From assembly GCA_038087875.1 (NCBI GenBank), contig CM075988.1, positions 20,710,001-20,774,000 of the forward strand: a DNA stretch of 64,000 nucleotides. The letters run 5' to 3'. Source of the DNA: Malacoraja senta (taxonomy: Eukaryota). The translations under genes and the position numbers were made by a program. The notes under the pieces were generated by a model, which did not search any database, was not told the DNA's origin, and saw only the letters and a list, made by a program, of their open reading frames with translations. Below, piece after piece: positions 13,178-26,162 of this stretch. Each line of letters opens with the position of its first letter. The first letter of the stretch is position 1.

Positions 13178-13381
13178 AAACAAAGAACTGCAGATGCTGC
13201 TAATACCAAACATAGACACAATGTACTGGAATAACTCAGCGGGTCAGGCAGCATCTCTGAAGAAAAGGGATATGTGAAGTTTCAGGTCGGGACCATTCTT
13301 CAGACTGAAATGTCACCCATTCTTTTTCTCCAGAAATGCTGCCTAACCTGCTGAGTTACTCCAGCACTCTGCGACTGTCTT
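13178..13381. mobile_element. Palindromic PLE-tail-derived element
   Basis: Same two inverted arms; centre decayed; agttcta present on both flanks. Confidence 0.75.
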
Positions 13382-15304
13382 CAGTTCTAGTCTTGTTAGT
13401 ACCTTACTGAACATGGAAGTTCCCATGAACGCTATGTCATCCCACGGGAGAATTTGTTGATTTGATTTTCAATAACCTTGGTTGTACAAATTCTTGATGT
13501 GACCACTCATGCATAAAGTCTGTCGCATAAGAAGTTGAAAGTGAAATTTCTCCATTGCACTCCTGTTCTGTTGCTGCATAGAGCGAGCCTATCCAAAGGT
13601 CATCATAATATCAGCACAAACTGTAGGTTATCTGTTCTGGTTAGAAATTAAAGAAATTACAGAGAGTGGGAGACACTGTCCAGTATTGACCTCCCACCAT
13701 CTAAAGGATCTGCCTCAAAAAGGCACCCAATATCATCAAAGACCCACGCCACCCTGGCCACGCTCTCAGGAAGAAGGTGCAGGAGCCTGAAAACTATGAG
13801 CTTACAGCTTCTTGCCAGCAAACAAGAGGCTCTTAAACACTGCACAATACTAACCTCAGCAACTATGTTCTTCCGTATGTCTTTGGTTGCACTACGGATT
13901 TTGTTTATTTTTGCACTAGTACTATGATTATAGATTTTTTAAATTATTCTATTTATCTACATGGATTGCATTTTACAGGCTTGTTAAGCTGCAGCAAGTA
14001 AGAATATCATTGTTCTGTTGCAAGTAGATATGATAATTAAACACTTTTGACTCTTTGACTCTTAGTCTTGGGCACTGATTTCAAGACAAAAATCTTGGTT
14101 GACACTGGGACAGGAGGAACATCGTTGCATAGTCAGACATGTGTATCCCATGGACCATTCTGTTTTCTAATTCTGTTTTTTATATGATTGTCTTGTTTAT
14201 TTTTGCACAGTCCTTTTTTTTGTCCTTTATTGTCTTGCAGATTTGTTTGTGTAATTTAGGTATGATATATACTTTTGGTGTGTTATCTGAGTCTCTGTGC
14301 CCTTCTGCAAACAAAAGATTTGTCACCGTACCTGTACGTCACGGTACTTGTCGACGTGACAATGAACTCAACTCAACTTGGTGGTGATTTTTACACCCCC
14401 AGCCAGTTAAACGGGGGGGGGGGGGGGGGTGTGATTGTATCTGCTTTCACCATCCTGTGCGAGTGTCTGGCTCCAATAGACATTTTAAAGAGGCATTTAG
14501 ACATGCATATAAATATACAGGGAACCGTAGGAAATAGACCATATGAGGGCAGATGCGATTAGTTTAAATTGCCGTTATGGCTGGCAGTGAAATCGTGGGC
14601 CGAAGGGCCTGTTCATGTCCTGTACTGTTCTACCTTCCTTGTTAAGCTGTTATGCCATCGGGAAGAAGGTACAGGAGTCTGAAAACTGTGACCTAGCTTT
14701 TGTTTTGCACTAATAACTTTTAATTTATTGAACTTTAATTCTAATTTAATTTCATTTTTTTTTAATGTATTGAACTTTCTTTTGTTTATTGTGTTTTCTC
14801 TGAATATTGTGTTTGCAGACCTGTTATGTTGCTGTAAGTAAGAATTTCATTGTTCTGTTTTGATACAAATGAAAATTAAACACTCTTGATTCTTGCTTCG
14901 TGTGAAGGACATAGATGTTCACAGGTCAAGTAGTGTGAAATGGATTGGTATATAGGAGGGACATCATGAACAGGATGGGCCGAAGCCCCTATTCCAGGCT
15001 GTATGACTTTAGGTTCATTCAGAAGGACAGACAGTGAGGTTTAAATATACACACATCATCGTGTAGTCTGATTGTTTTAATCCCAGTAAATAAATAAACA
15101 CCATCATGTTTGTGACTCAGTTTGAGTTGTTCCTTCTGTGTTCCTGTCATCTCATAGCTTGGCTTTCAATGAAATTGGAAGTCCTGTTCTTCCCTCACTG
15201 CCTGCTGGATCTATAGCTCGGTTATTTTTATGTATGAAGGTTAAAAAAAACCTTTACAGTAAAGGTGCCTGACCTATTTAACTGGTTTTCTTTGGGTTCA
15301 ATAT

Positions 15305-15789
15305 CATAGAGTCATACAGAATGGAATCAGGCCCTTTGGCCCACCTTGCCCATGCCGACCAAAATGCCCCTCTATACTAGTCCCACCTGCCCGTGCTTGG
15401 CCCATATCCCTCTCAATCTTTCCTCTTCGTGTATCTGTCCAAATGCCTTTTAAATGTTGTTATAGTTTCTGCTCAACTACCTCCTCTGTCAGCTCATTCT
15501 ACATATCCACACACCTTTGTGTGGAAAAAGTTACCCCTCAGATTCCTATTAAATCTTTCCCCTCTCACCTTAAACCTGTGTTTTCTGGTTCTTGATTCCC
15601 TTTATTCTGAGTAAAAGACTGCACACCTACCCTATCTTTTCCCCTAGTGATCTTATCCACCTCTATAATATCACCTCTCATCCTCCTACACTCCGAGGAA
15701 TACAGTCCTAGCCTGCCCAACCTCTCCCTATAGCTCGGATCCTCAAGACTTAGCAAAACGTCCTCGTAAATCCTCTCTGCACTCTTTCC
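15305..15789 (-). mobile_element. CR1 3' fragment
   Basis: SYRERLGRLGLYSSECRRMRGDIIEV peptide; ctatgactctatga tail. Confidence 0.8.
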
Positions 15790-16395
15790 AAGCGCAGGCT
15801 CGGCGATCGTTTCCCTGAACACCTCCGCTCAGTCCGCCTAAACCTACCTGATCACCCGGTTGCTCAGCACTGTAACTCCCCCTTCCAATCCCACACTGAC
15901 CTTTCTGTCATGGGCCTCCTCCATTGTCAGAGTGAGGCCCAGTGCAAATTGGAGGAACAACACCTCATATTTCCCTTGGGTAGCTTACACCCCAGCGGTA
16001 TGAACATTGACCTCTCTAACTTCAAGTAACCTTTGCCTTTGCCTTTCCCTCTCTCTCCATCCCTCGCCCCTTCCCAGTTCTCTGACTGTCCTCGTTTACA
16101 TTTTATCTCGGTTTGCTTTGTTGTTTATCTTCTCCTAGCTAATGATCTATCCTACATTTTCCTTGATCTTCATCCCCTTTGTCTCGTTTTCACACCTTAC
16201 ATTTCTTTATCACTGTATCGCCCTCTCCCCGATTCAGTCTGAAGCAAAGATTCTATGGTCATTGGTCTGAAGAAGGGTCTTAACCCGAAAGGTCACCCAT
16301 TCCTTCTCTCCAGAGATGCTGCCTGTCCCGCTGAGTTACTCCAGCATTTTGGGTCTATCTTCAGTTTAAACCAGGATCTGCAGTTCCTTCCTACA
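15790..16395 (+). mobile_element. Penelope-like element 3' fragment
   Basis: Open frame 15790-16029 (hand-translated): KRRLGDRFPEHLRSVRLNLPDHPVAQHCNSPFQSHTDLSVMGLLHCQSEAQCKLEEQHLIFPLGSLHPSGMNIDLSNFK*, with the GIY-YIG RLxxRxxEH and E...PxGxN motifs. Followed by a C/T-rich spacer and the hammerhead-type tail. Confidence 0.9.
16267..16294 (+). ncRNA. Putative minimal hammerhead core
   Basis: CUGAAGA-A-GGGUCUUAACCC-GAAA-GG-UC, downstream of a PLE GIY-YIG frame. Confidence 0.6.
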
Positions 16396-16674
16396 ACATC
16401 CCAACCTCTCTACTCAATTCCCTGACTGTGTAGCCTGGCTGCACAATATTTGGAGCTGTTCATGAGATAAAGAGAAAATATCTTTCAGTAATTTGCATTC
16501 AGTAAATGCAAGTGAAGGTAATGTTGAAGATAATGATGCCAAATAAAGTGATATAGATGCTGGAAATATTTAAAAAATCAAAGAAATGTTGGAAACACTC
16601 AACAGGTCAAACAGTACCAGTGAGAGAGAGGAAAGAGTTAATCTTACAGAACAATAACTTGCCCTCAGAATTAA

Positions 16675-17327
16675 AGTGGCATTGCAGGTAGATAGGGTGC
16701 TGAAGAAGGCTCTTGACACACTGGCCTTCATCGGTCAGGGGTTGGAGTGTAGGGGATGGGACATTATGTTACAGTTGTACAAGACTTTGGTGAGACTGCA
16801 CTTGGAGTATTGTGTTCAGTTTTGGTCATCCTGCGAGAGGAAAGATACCGTTAAGCTGGACAGGTTGCAGAGAACATTTACAAGGACATTACCCGAACTC
16901 GAGGGCCTGAGCTATAGGGCAGGCTAGGACTTTATTCCTTGGAGCGCAGGAGGCCGAAGGAGGGGTGATCTTATAGAGCTGTGTAAAATAATGAAAGGAA
17001 TAGATAGGGTGAATGCACAGTATTCTTTCGCAGGGCAGGAGAATCTAGAACTAGAGGTTGAAGGTGAGAGGGGAAAGACTTACTAGGAACCTCAGGGGCA
17101 ATTTTCCACACAGAGGCTGGTAGGTATATGGAACGAGCTGCCAGAGGTGGTAGTTGAGGCAGGTACTATAACAACATTTAAAAGACAATCGGACAGCACA
17201 TGTATAGGAAATGTTTAGAAGGATATGGGTGAAGCATGGGCAAATGGGATCAACTTAGATGGGGCATCTTTGGTGGGCATGGACTGGTTGGGATGAAGGA
17301 CCTGTTTCCATGCTGTATGACTCTATG
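16675..17327 (+). mobile_element. CR1 3' fragment
   Basis: LYKTLVRLHLEYCVQFWS peptide; tail gctgtatgactctatg. Confidence 0.85.
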
Positions 17328-17741
17328 GTTCCCTGAAGGTGCTGCCTGACCTACAGAGTATTTCAGCTTTTACTTAAATCATTTTACTGAGGATATAAGG
17401 GATTTCCTTTATAAGGGATTTGATTTTCCTTTAAACAAATAAAATAATAAAATAAAGGGTTGTGCAGTGCAATAAGGCCATTGGCTTGAGACGCATTTAC
17501 AATTGAACCCCAGAGATAGGAAGTCATCACAGCACAAGCCATACTAGAACTAATGTCATCACTTCATTCACTGCTCAATGTAACAGTAAATTCATCACGT
17601 TGATTTGACTGCTGGCACTTAAAACAACGTCATGTAAAATGTGCATGATCAAGAATTCAATTAAACAGAGACTCAAGAAATTATGGGATAGGTGCGCAAA
17701 TGCCTCATAAAAGTGTGTGTTTTAAAGAGCACCTTAAAGGA

Positions 17742-18050
17742 TTAGTTTAGTTTAGTTTAGTTTAGACATACAGTGAGGAAACAGGCCCTTTGGCCCTCCG
17801 AGTCTGCGCTGACCAACGATCATTCATATACCCATACGCCAGTTCTAATCTAGGCATTAGGGACAATTTACAGAAACCAATTAACCGACAAACCCACATG
17901 TCTTTGGAATCTGGGAGGAAACTGGAGCATTCAGAGAAAACTCGCGCGTTTACAGGGAGAACGTACAAACTCCATACAGACAGCACCCATAGTCAGGATC
18001 GAACCCAGGGCTTCTGGCGCTGTAAGGCAACATCTCCACTTCTGCGCCAT
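17742..18050 (-). mobile_element. HE1-like V-SINE
   Basis: (TTTAG)n tail then antisense consensus. Confidence 0.85.
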
Positions 18051-19106
18051 GAAATAAGCATAGGGGAAGATTCCATGGTTTAAGGTCTATTTGCAAAAAA
18101 TAATGCAAAACACCCTTTTCCAAGCAACGACATTCAGGGATACACGTTGCCAGAATTGGGGGAACATTGATATCCAACATTAATCCATTCCTCAGTCCTT
18201 GGCTTATGGAACATCTATATTATGTTATTTCAAGTGCCCTTCTCATTGTCTTTACATAGAATATAGAACAGTACAGCACAGGAAAAGAGACTTCAGCCCA
18301 TCATGTCATTGCCTACCATGATGCCAATTTTAACTCGTCCCACCTGTCTGCGCATGGTCTCTATTCCTTCCATTCTCTGTTTGTTTATGTGCCCGTCAGA
18401 TGTTGCCTGACCCACTCAGATACTCCAACATTTTGTCTCTTTGTTTGGCATGAACTAGTATCTGCAGTTCCTTGTTATTACATATTGAGTTAAGACCTAA
18501 TCTGCCCAAATTCTCCCGATAACTGAAGCCCTCAGGTCCAGTCAACATCCTCCTAAATCTTCCAGCTTAATGACATCCTTCCTAACCAGGTGGCCACAAC
18601 ACAATACTGCAAATGCAGCCCCACTTACATATTGTACACCTATTATATAACGTTCCAACTTCTATAGTCAATCCCTTCCCCGTCAGGTCAAGTTTTTTGT
18701 TTTATATTCAAGTACAGTGAGAAAGACAGGATTGGGAAGGATGAGGCAAGAAATTAGGATGAAAATTCTGTGACTGAGACATCATTGTACGAGGACAGAC
18801 ACAAAAAGCCGGAGTAACTCAGTGGGTCAGGGTAGCATCTCTGGAGAAAAGGAATAGGTGACGTTTCAGGTCAAGACCATTCTTCAGACATTTGGTGTCA
18901 ATCAGCCAACACCTAGTGATGGTCAATGGGACGATGCTGGTTAGGAGAAAGATAGCGAGGTTAAGGTGAATTCTTACTTAAGCAGCCATTAATGTCATCA
19001 CAACAGCCATTTATGGCCTTTCATCCTTGCTGTGATTTTGTTTGTACTTGGGCGATTGCGGGGAAAACTGTGTACCGGTAAATGGCCAGTCATAAACACA
19101 GGGGGC

Positions 19107-20290
19107 CAACTGAAATATAATTTGAAAAATAATCAATATTTTAAATATCTACAAATCTGTGACTATTTGAAAACACACACAAAAGATTATTATAATATGC
19201 CTTCCGACTTACTAGATGAAGCAATGAAGACAAAGGCGGAATCAGTTAATTTAATATCATACTTATATAATATCATCTTAAACATAGAAATACCCACAAC
19301 AGATGGAATTAGAAGAGATTGGGAACAAGATCTAGGTATAAAAATTTCAAAAGAGAGTTGGGATAATCATTTATTACAGGTGCATAAATGCTCGATCAAC
19401 GTACGACATACGCTTATCCAATTTAAAACATTACATAGATTATATTATTCAAAAACCAAACTAAATAAAATCTTTCCTAACGTCTCACCAATCTGTGATA
19501 AATGTATATGTCAAGAAGCTACCATAGCACATTCTTTTGTTTTTTGTACAAAAATCCAAAAATTCTGGTTTGAAATATTTGATATTTTTTCAAAATTAAT
19601 CAAAATAAAACTGGTACCAAAACCAGAATGGATTATTTTTGGAATATCGGAAGGTATTCCTGAATTAAACGTGTATCAGAAGAATTTACTCAATTATGGG
19701 CTAATAATGGGAAAAAAGCTTATACTTAAATTCTGGAAAAATGCGCCCACACCAACAATAAAAATGTGGACATCAAATATGTTGGAAACATTACATCTGG
19801 AAGAGATGAGATTCCTCCTAGTAGGCAAAGTAGACCAATTTCAAAAGACGTGGTCTACGTTTTTGGACCTATTACAAGCATGAGGTGCAATAGTAATTTA
19901 GAAAAACAAATAAATAAATAAAAGGTATCTGGACCTGGTAATGGGAGGTAAAACAAAAACAGACTTGGTTGGTAGTTCCTTCTCTATGAAGTATGTTATA
20001 AGAGTTATAATAGAGCGATTGTTCCTTCTTTCTTTCTCTTTCTTTTCTAGGGTCTATTTTCTAACTTTACTTCCTTCTCTAACTTCTTTTCTAAGGGGCT
20101 TTCTTTTCCCAACACTCTTTTGCACTTCACAACCTTTGCGCACTTTCTTCACTTTTCTTACTTCTTTCTTTTTCTTTCTTAAAGTTTAAAAAAGTGAAGC
20201 GGTACAAAAAATGTATTAATATATACGTGTTGTACATTACTGTAATCTACCGTACTTCTATTAAAAAAATTATTTTAAAAAAAAAAATAA
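19107..20290 (+). mobile_element. 5'-truncated L1-clade LINE (ORF2 C-terminus, 3' UTR, A-rich tail)
   Basis: 15-bp perfect TSD ATAAACACAGGGGGC at 19092-19106 and 20291-20305. Open frame to the stop at 19883 with QFKTLHRLYYS and the CDKC...H....C zinc knuckle typical of fish L1 ORF2; pyrimidine-rich UTR; poly-A. Confidence 0.9.
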
Positions 20291-22289
20291 ATAAACACAG
20301 GGGGCTTCCTGGAAGAGATATTTGCGAGGCTGATATTAAATAAACAAATTCCAGCAAACACTTCTCAAAAATGTTCCTGACCTTTGTACATAAATAGATC
20401 ATATTAATAGCAGAGGACATTAAACTTTTCACCACTCAGTGTAATATCTGATAACTGCAAGATACTTCTTTATGTTTTACCCTGAAGACATGGCTCCAAA
20501 AAAGAGCAACACCCAGAACAGCAATATGATACTCTGTGAATTCACACTATCTATTATGATTTTATACACCTAGATAAGATCACCCCTCAGCCTCCTGTGC
20601 TCTAAGGTATAAAGTCCTATCCTGCTGAACCTCTCCGTATAACTCAGGCCCTCAAGTCCTGGCAACATCTTGATAAAACTTCTCGGCACCCTTTCAGCTT
20701 GACACCATCTTTCCTATCACATGGTGACCAAAACTGAGCACAATACGCTAAATGTGTCCTCATCAACGTCTTGTATAACTGCAACATGACCTCCCAACTT
20801 CTATATTCAATAATTGAAGGGAGAAAATGTACAATATGGCATGATACATTATTAATGGAATTAATTGGGTTGCAAAACTTGGATTATTTTAAATAATTTT
20901 TTTTCTTAAGTGATATGAGCAGAATTAGGCCATTTGGGCAATAAAGTCCACTCCGCCATTCAATCATGGCTGATCCATCTCTCCCCCCTAACCCCATTCT
21001 CCTGCCTTCTCCCCATAACCCCTGACACCCGTAGTAATCCAGAATCTATCCATCTCTGCCTTAAAAATATCTATTGACTTGGCCTCCACAGTCTTCCGTG
21101 GCATTGACTTTTAGCCTAAATCTTATTGGGAAGAGTTAAATGTAGTTGAATTCAAAGAAATGTGGTTTGAAAAAGGTGAAGTACTCGATAGATGGTAGTG
21201 GCTGATACACAGAAGTGAATCAAAGAGGAGGGGGCGTGAGGACTATTGTATGGGCGGGGGGTGGTCGGGGTGACCTGGTTAAAAGAGAGGGAAGGGGAAG
21301 ACTCGGTGGAACCACCACTGAGGTGCCCTGTGGGAGGGGGGTGGGGAGTAGCAGTAGGACTCAGGAGTGTCGGACAACGTGGCATTGCAGTCTGCAACGT
21401 GGAGGTTGTGGGCTCGGTGCTGAGCCTGGAACTCAGGTGAAGCGACGTTTCCGGCCCGCTGGTGGGCGGTGTAGAGGCGAGGGTCGACTCTGAAGAACGG
21501 TCTCGACTCTAAATGTCTCCCCGTCCTTCCATCCATAGATGCTGCCTGTCCCGCTGGGTTACTCCAGCATTTTGTGTCTATCCTCAGTGTAAACCAGCAT
21601 CTGCTGTTCCTTCCTACACACAGAAGATAATTGTACGCTGATTTTAACATTAATTGAAAGATGGTCATTGCGAACAAAACATTTTCATTCTACACATGGG
21701 ATCAACTGGTGAAAGTGTAGATTAGTTTCATTAGTGTTCTGCGTCAGTTATTGCGTGAGTGCATTGTCCTGTAACACACACATCTGCTAATCTAACAGAG
21801 AGGTTGTGATGCAGTTTGAAGACTCCTGCAAGCCAAGATCTTAATCTTCAGGAAATATCTCAGTTTGTTCGCCAAATCCAATTAGCGTATTATTCATTCC
21901 AATTTTCACTTAATAAAATACTTCTCCATGAGTGAGTGGAAATACTTTGATCAGAAATGAAATAGATCCCAGCGGTTAACTTACCCATCCCCAGAATTAA
22001 GGGTGAGTGATGTTATCGAGGATCCTTAGTTCCTTTCCAAAGCTTAGATCTTCTTGAGAAAGCAATGGTTATGTAAAGGATGAGAGAAGGAAGGGGGATG
22101 ATGAGCTTATTTTCCCCATGAATGTTGGAAAAAGATTTTGCGTAAAGGAAAATGGTCACTAAATATCAGCATAGAGTCCCTGAGATGGACAAAGGAACAG
22201 TGAGGAACAGTGTGAGGACAGATTAAAGTGAGGAAGAATGAGTCGAGCAACAAATAGTCAACATCTTCCTGAGGGTTTTTCTCCAGAAG

Positions 22290-22592
22290 GGAAGCACAAT
22301 GGCACAGCGGTAGAGTTGAGGTCGTACGGCGCCAGAGACCTGGGTTTGATGCGTGCTATCTGTACGGAGTTTGTACATTCTCCCTGTGACCGCGTGGGTT
22401 TTCTCCGGGTGCTCCGGTTTCATCCCGCCCTCCAAAGACGCACAGGTTTGTAGGTTAATTGGCTCTGGTAAAGTTGTAAATGTCCTTTGTGTGTAGGTTA
22501 GTGTTAGTGAATGGGGTGATCGCTGGTCGGAGTGGACTCGGTGTGCAGAAGGGCCTGTTTCCGCACTGTATCTCTAAAATCTAAAGTCTAAA
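22290..22592 (+). mobile_element. HE1-like V-SINE
   Basis: Full consensus. Confidence 0.85.
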
Positions 22593-22884
22593 AAGAGGGT
22601 GAGGTATGGGACAGTGGGAATAGAGGATGGCGGTGGAGCTGTGGGGTAACGCACTGAGCACAACAGTGGAGGCTATGAAAGATTTGAGGATCAGATGAAA
22701 ATGGAGGAGGAGTGAGCAGGAAGTAGGAAATAAGAAAGGAGGGATGGAAAAGGGTGGGGGAGTGAGAGTGGGAGGGAGACTAAGAGAGTGAAGGATATGT
22801 GAGTTGGGAGGAACTAGAGAATAGGGGATTGTATCAATAAAAACTGACTCAACATGCTTTTAACACAAGAACCTAAGAAATATA

Positions 22885-23415
22885 GGGTGGCGCAATGGTG
22901 CAGTGGTAGAGCTGCTGCCTCACAGCTTCAGAGTCCTGGGTACGATCCTGACTATGAAAGCTGTCTGTGCGGAGTTTGTATATTCCCCCTGTGACCGTGT
23001 GGGTTTTCTCTGGGTGCTCCGGTTTCCTCTCACACTCCAAAGACATGAAGGTTAGTAGGAAAATATGTAGGAAGGAACTGCAGATGCTGGTTTAAACCAA
23101 AGATAGACGCAAAATGCTGTGGTAACTTAGCGGGACAGGCAGCATCCCTGGGGAAAAGGAATGGGTGACGTTTCGAGTCTCGACCTGAAACTTCACCCAT
23201 TCCTTTTCTCCAAAGATGCTGCCTGTCCCGCTGAGTTACTCCAGCATTTTGTGTCTATCTAAGGTTTGTAGGTTAATTGGCTTCAGTAAATTTCCCCTTG
23301 TGTGTAGGATGTGAAAGTGGAATAACATAGAGATAGTTTACGGGTGATTGATAGTCGGCGTGGACTTGATGGGCCAAAGGGCCTGTTTCCATGCTCGCCC
23401 TCTAAAACTAAAAAC
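22885..23415 (+). mobile_element. HE1-like V-SINE interrupted by a palindromic element
   Basis: SINE consensus resumes after 23260. Confidence 0.85.
23060..23260. mobile_element. Palindromic PLE-tail-derived element inserted into a SINE
   Basis: Inverted arms; target duplication aaggttagtagg (23048-23059) / aaggtttgtagg (23261-23272). Confidence 0.85.
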
Positions 23416-24665
23416 ATTTTGTCAGTCCAGGGACATGTTATGTTTCAGTTAAACTTAAACTTTCCTATAATTCCTCAGCTAATATGTGACCAATGACTTG
23501 AGATTCTTACATATTACAAGACATTGCCAAATTCAAGAGGTTTTACTAAACGCTCATATATTGTGAATCAGGTTACAGTGTAAGGTAATAACTTTATAAA
23601 ATCCCACAGACCCCTAATCATTTCTGGAATTCTGAAAGGCAATTTGCAAGTCCCATACAATTTAAAGAGTATCATGTTACAAGATTATACAACAGAAACA
23701 TTCTTCCTTGCAAACACTTGTGGCATTTCCAGTACGGACTAAAAAGTTATTCACAACGACTACAAAATGTTTTCTCAATGCTATCAATCTTTTCATTCAA
23801 TGACTCATCTTCGCCAGTTCAGATATCTTGAGAAATGTTTGAGAAATTTCTACATGACCACCTTCCTGGTCACATAGCTTGAATAAAAATAAAATAATAA
23901 TTCCAGGCAAAATTGAATATTAAGGGGTTTCAGCTCTTACATTGCATCAGTAACTACAATTCAAAAAGAACATTACTGGGATTATAAAGCCCGAAACGTC
24001 ACCCATTCCTTCTCTCCAGAGATGTTGCCTGTCCCGCTGAGTTACTCCAGCATTTTCTGTCTCTCTTTCTAGTATCCTGACATCATGAAAACATCAATAT
24101 AAGTATACTTCCTTACATCCGATGGGTGTTAAGTTCTACAAATCTAAGCATAAAAGAAGTCTGGGAAGTTATCAGGCCATTAGGACGATCAGCAGACCAC
24201 TGTATGCACTTTTCCCAGGATCATGAAAGAGTGTTGAAGATAAACTGTTAAGCAGGAGATAACCTGTGACGAGGTTAGATTTCGGTGGAATTTTACAAAT
24301 AACACCTCTGGCTCCATATTTCTTAATATACCCAGACATTATGCTGTTAGATTTCAGCCTAGTTACACGTTTTCAAAATGTGTTTTTATTCTTCCAACTG
24401 ACAATAAATAATGCACGCTTTATTTGGCATGTCCAGCCTATTGAATTCATTCCAAACTCAAAAGATACTTTAAGAAAAACTTGTTTTTGTCAACTAAGAT
24501 ATTGAAGAAACACTTTTGCACTCTCTAAAGAAAGGAGAGAAATTTATCTTTGGTCAACTACGTTAAATGGCCAGTGTTGTATCAGGGAGAAACAAGGAAC
24601 TGCAGATGCTGGTTTACACGAAGGGACACAAAGTATTGGAGTAACTCAGCGGGTCAGGCAATATC

Positions 24666-25010
24666 TTAGTTTAGTTTAGTTTAGTTTAGTTTAGTTTAGT
24701 TTAGTTTAGTTTAGAGATACAGCATGTAAACAGGCCCTTCGGCCCACCAAGTACCACACCGACCATTGATCAATCATGTTGCATGTTATCCCACTTTCTC
24801 ATCCACTCCTTTCATACAAGGGGCAATTTGCGGAAACCAATTAACCAACAGCCCCACATGTCTTTGTGGGAGGAAACCAGAGCACCCAGAGGAAACCCAC
24901 ACGGTCACAGGGAGAACATGCAAATTCCACACAGACAGCACCCAAGGTCAGGATCGAACCTGGGTCTCTGGTGCTGTGAGGCAGCAGCTCTACTGCTGTG
25001 CCACTGTGCT
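24666..25010 (-). mobile_element. HE1-like V-SINE with expanded (TTTAG)n tail, inserted into a PLE-tail arm
   Basis: The PLE arm ...gggtcaggcaatatc resumes as tctctggaga after the SINE. Confidence 0.8.
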
Positions 25011-26043
25011 TCTCTGGAGAACATGGATTGGGGCTGTATTGGGTCAGGAGTATCAGGTGTTGGTTATAGTAAATTCAAGAAATATACTTCGAGTAAATTC
25101 AGTGGAATTCGCAGTTGTGAATTGTGAAAGACAGCGGCCTCCACGGGAACATTGTTTCAGAAATAAACACAGTATTTTGTTTGTGATGGTACAGCGTATT
25201 GGCACCTCTAAAGAATTAAACATTATTATTTTGTTTTACAGCCACGTGACACGTATGATTATTAATCATGCAGACCGGCACCATTTAAAAAGTCCCCAAA
25301 ATATGTGGGCTTGAGGGTTAGTTGACCTATTTAAATTGCCCCTAGTGTGTAGGGAGTGGATGAGCAAGTGGGATAACATAGAACTAATGTGAACGGGTGA
25401 TCAATGGTTGGTATGGACTCAATCGGGTGAAGGGCCTGTTTCCATGTTGTATCTGTAAACTAAACTAAACAAGAATAGTTTGGATGCAGAATGTATTAAA
25501 TTGATGGTATAGTGTTGAGAAAGTTGTGCTTTGAATGTATTTATTGTGTATATTATGAATGAAGTATAAATTTAACGAGAAAGACCACAGCTGATACTCT
25601 GCCATCCATCCCGTGCCAGAGACTTGGGGTGAGTTTCTATCCCAAGCTCAAGGGCTTTAAATGTCTTGCTGTTTCTGCTTCAGCGCATTTGGAAATTCAG
25701 AGTGGGACAAAATAGAAGGAGCAGTTCGGGCATCGAATTGGATGATCTATCCCCAGCCAGGATTGAACCAGGTTTTTGTGAGGCATGAAGTGATGTCAAG
25801 TGTACTTCGTTCATCCCCAGCTCAGTTCAGTTTGGAGCATTGAACATCAGAAAGGACAGGAAGGTCTGGGTGGAGCTGCAGGGCGACTTCCATGGGGAGA
25901 TTTCAAGTGCACTTTCGTAATTTTGTCCGGATTAAAGGAGGTGCCAGATGATCAGTTGCCGGAAAATTGGTGGTGGACCCGCATTACCATTCAGGTTTGT
26001 ACTGATAGGTCGGGCAAAATAGGAAGAACGTGGAAATTTGTTG

Positions 26044-26162
26044 CGTAGGAAGGAACTGCAGATGCTGGTTTACACCGAAGATAGACACAAAATGCTGGAG
26101 TAACTCAGCAGGTCAGGCAGCATCTCTGGAGAGAAGGAAATGGGTGACGTTGAGTCTGAAGA
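26044..26162 (-). mobile_element. Single-arm PLE-tail-derived element with collapsed centre
   Basis: One arm plus gtctgaag; flanked by tggaa(a)tttgttg duplication. Confidence 0.7.

Noticed and set aside
24766..25314. 182-aa ORF (and the 201-aa ORF at 47274-47879)
   Set aside because: Antisense SINE translations (RKPEHPEETH..TGRT motif) that recur throughout the window.
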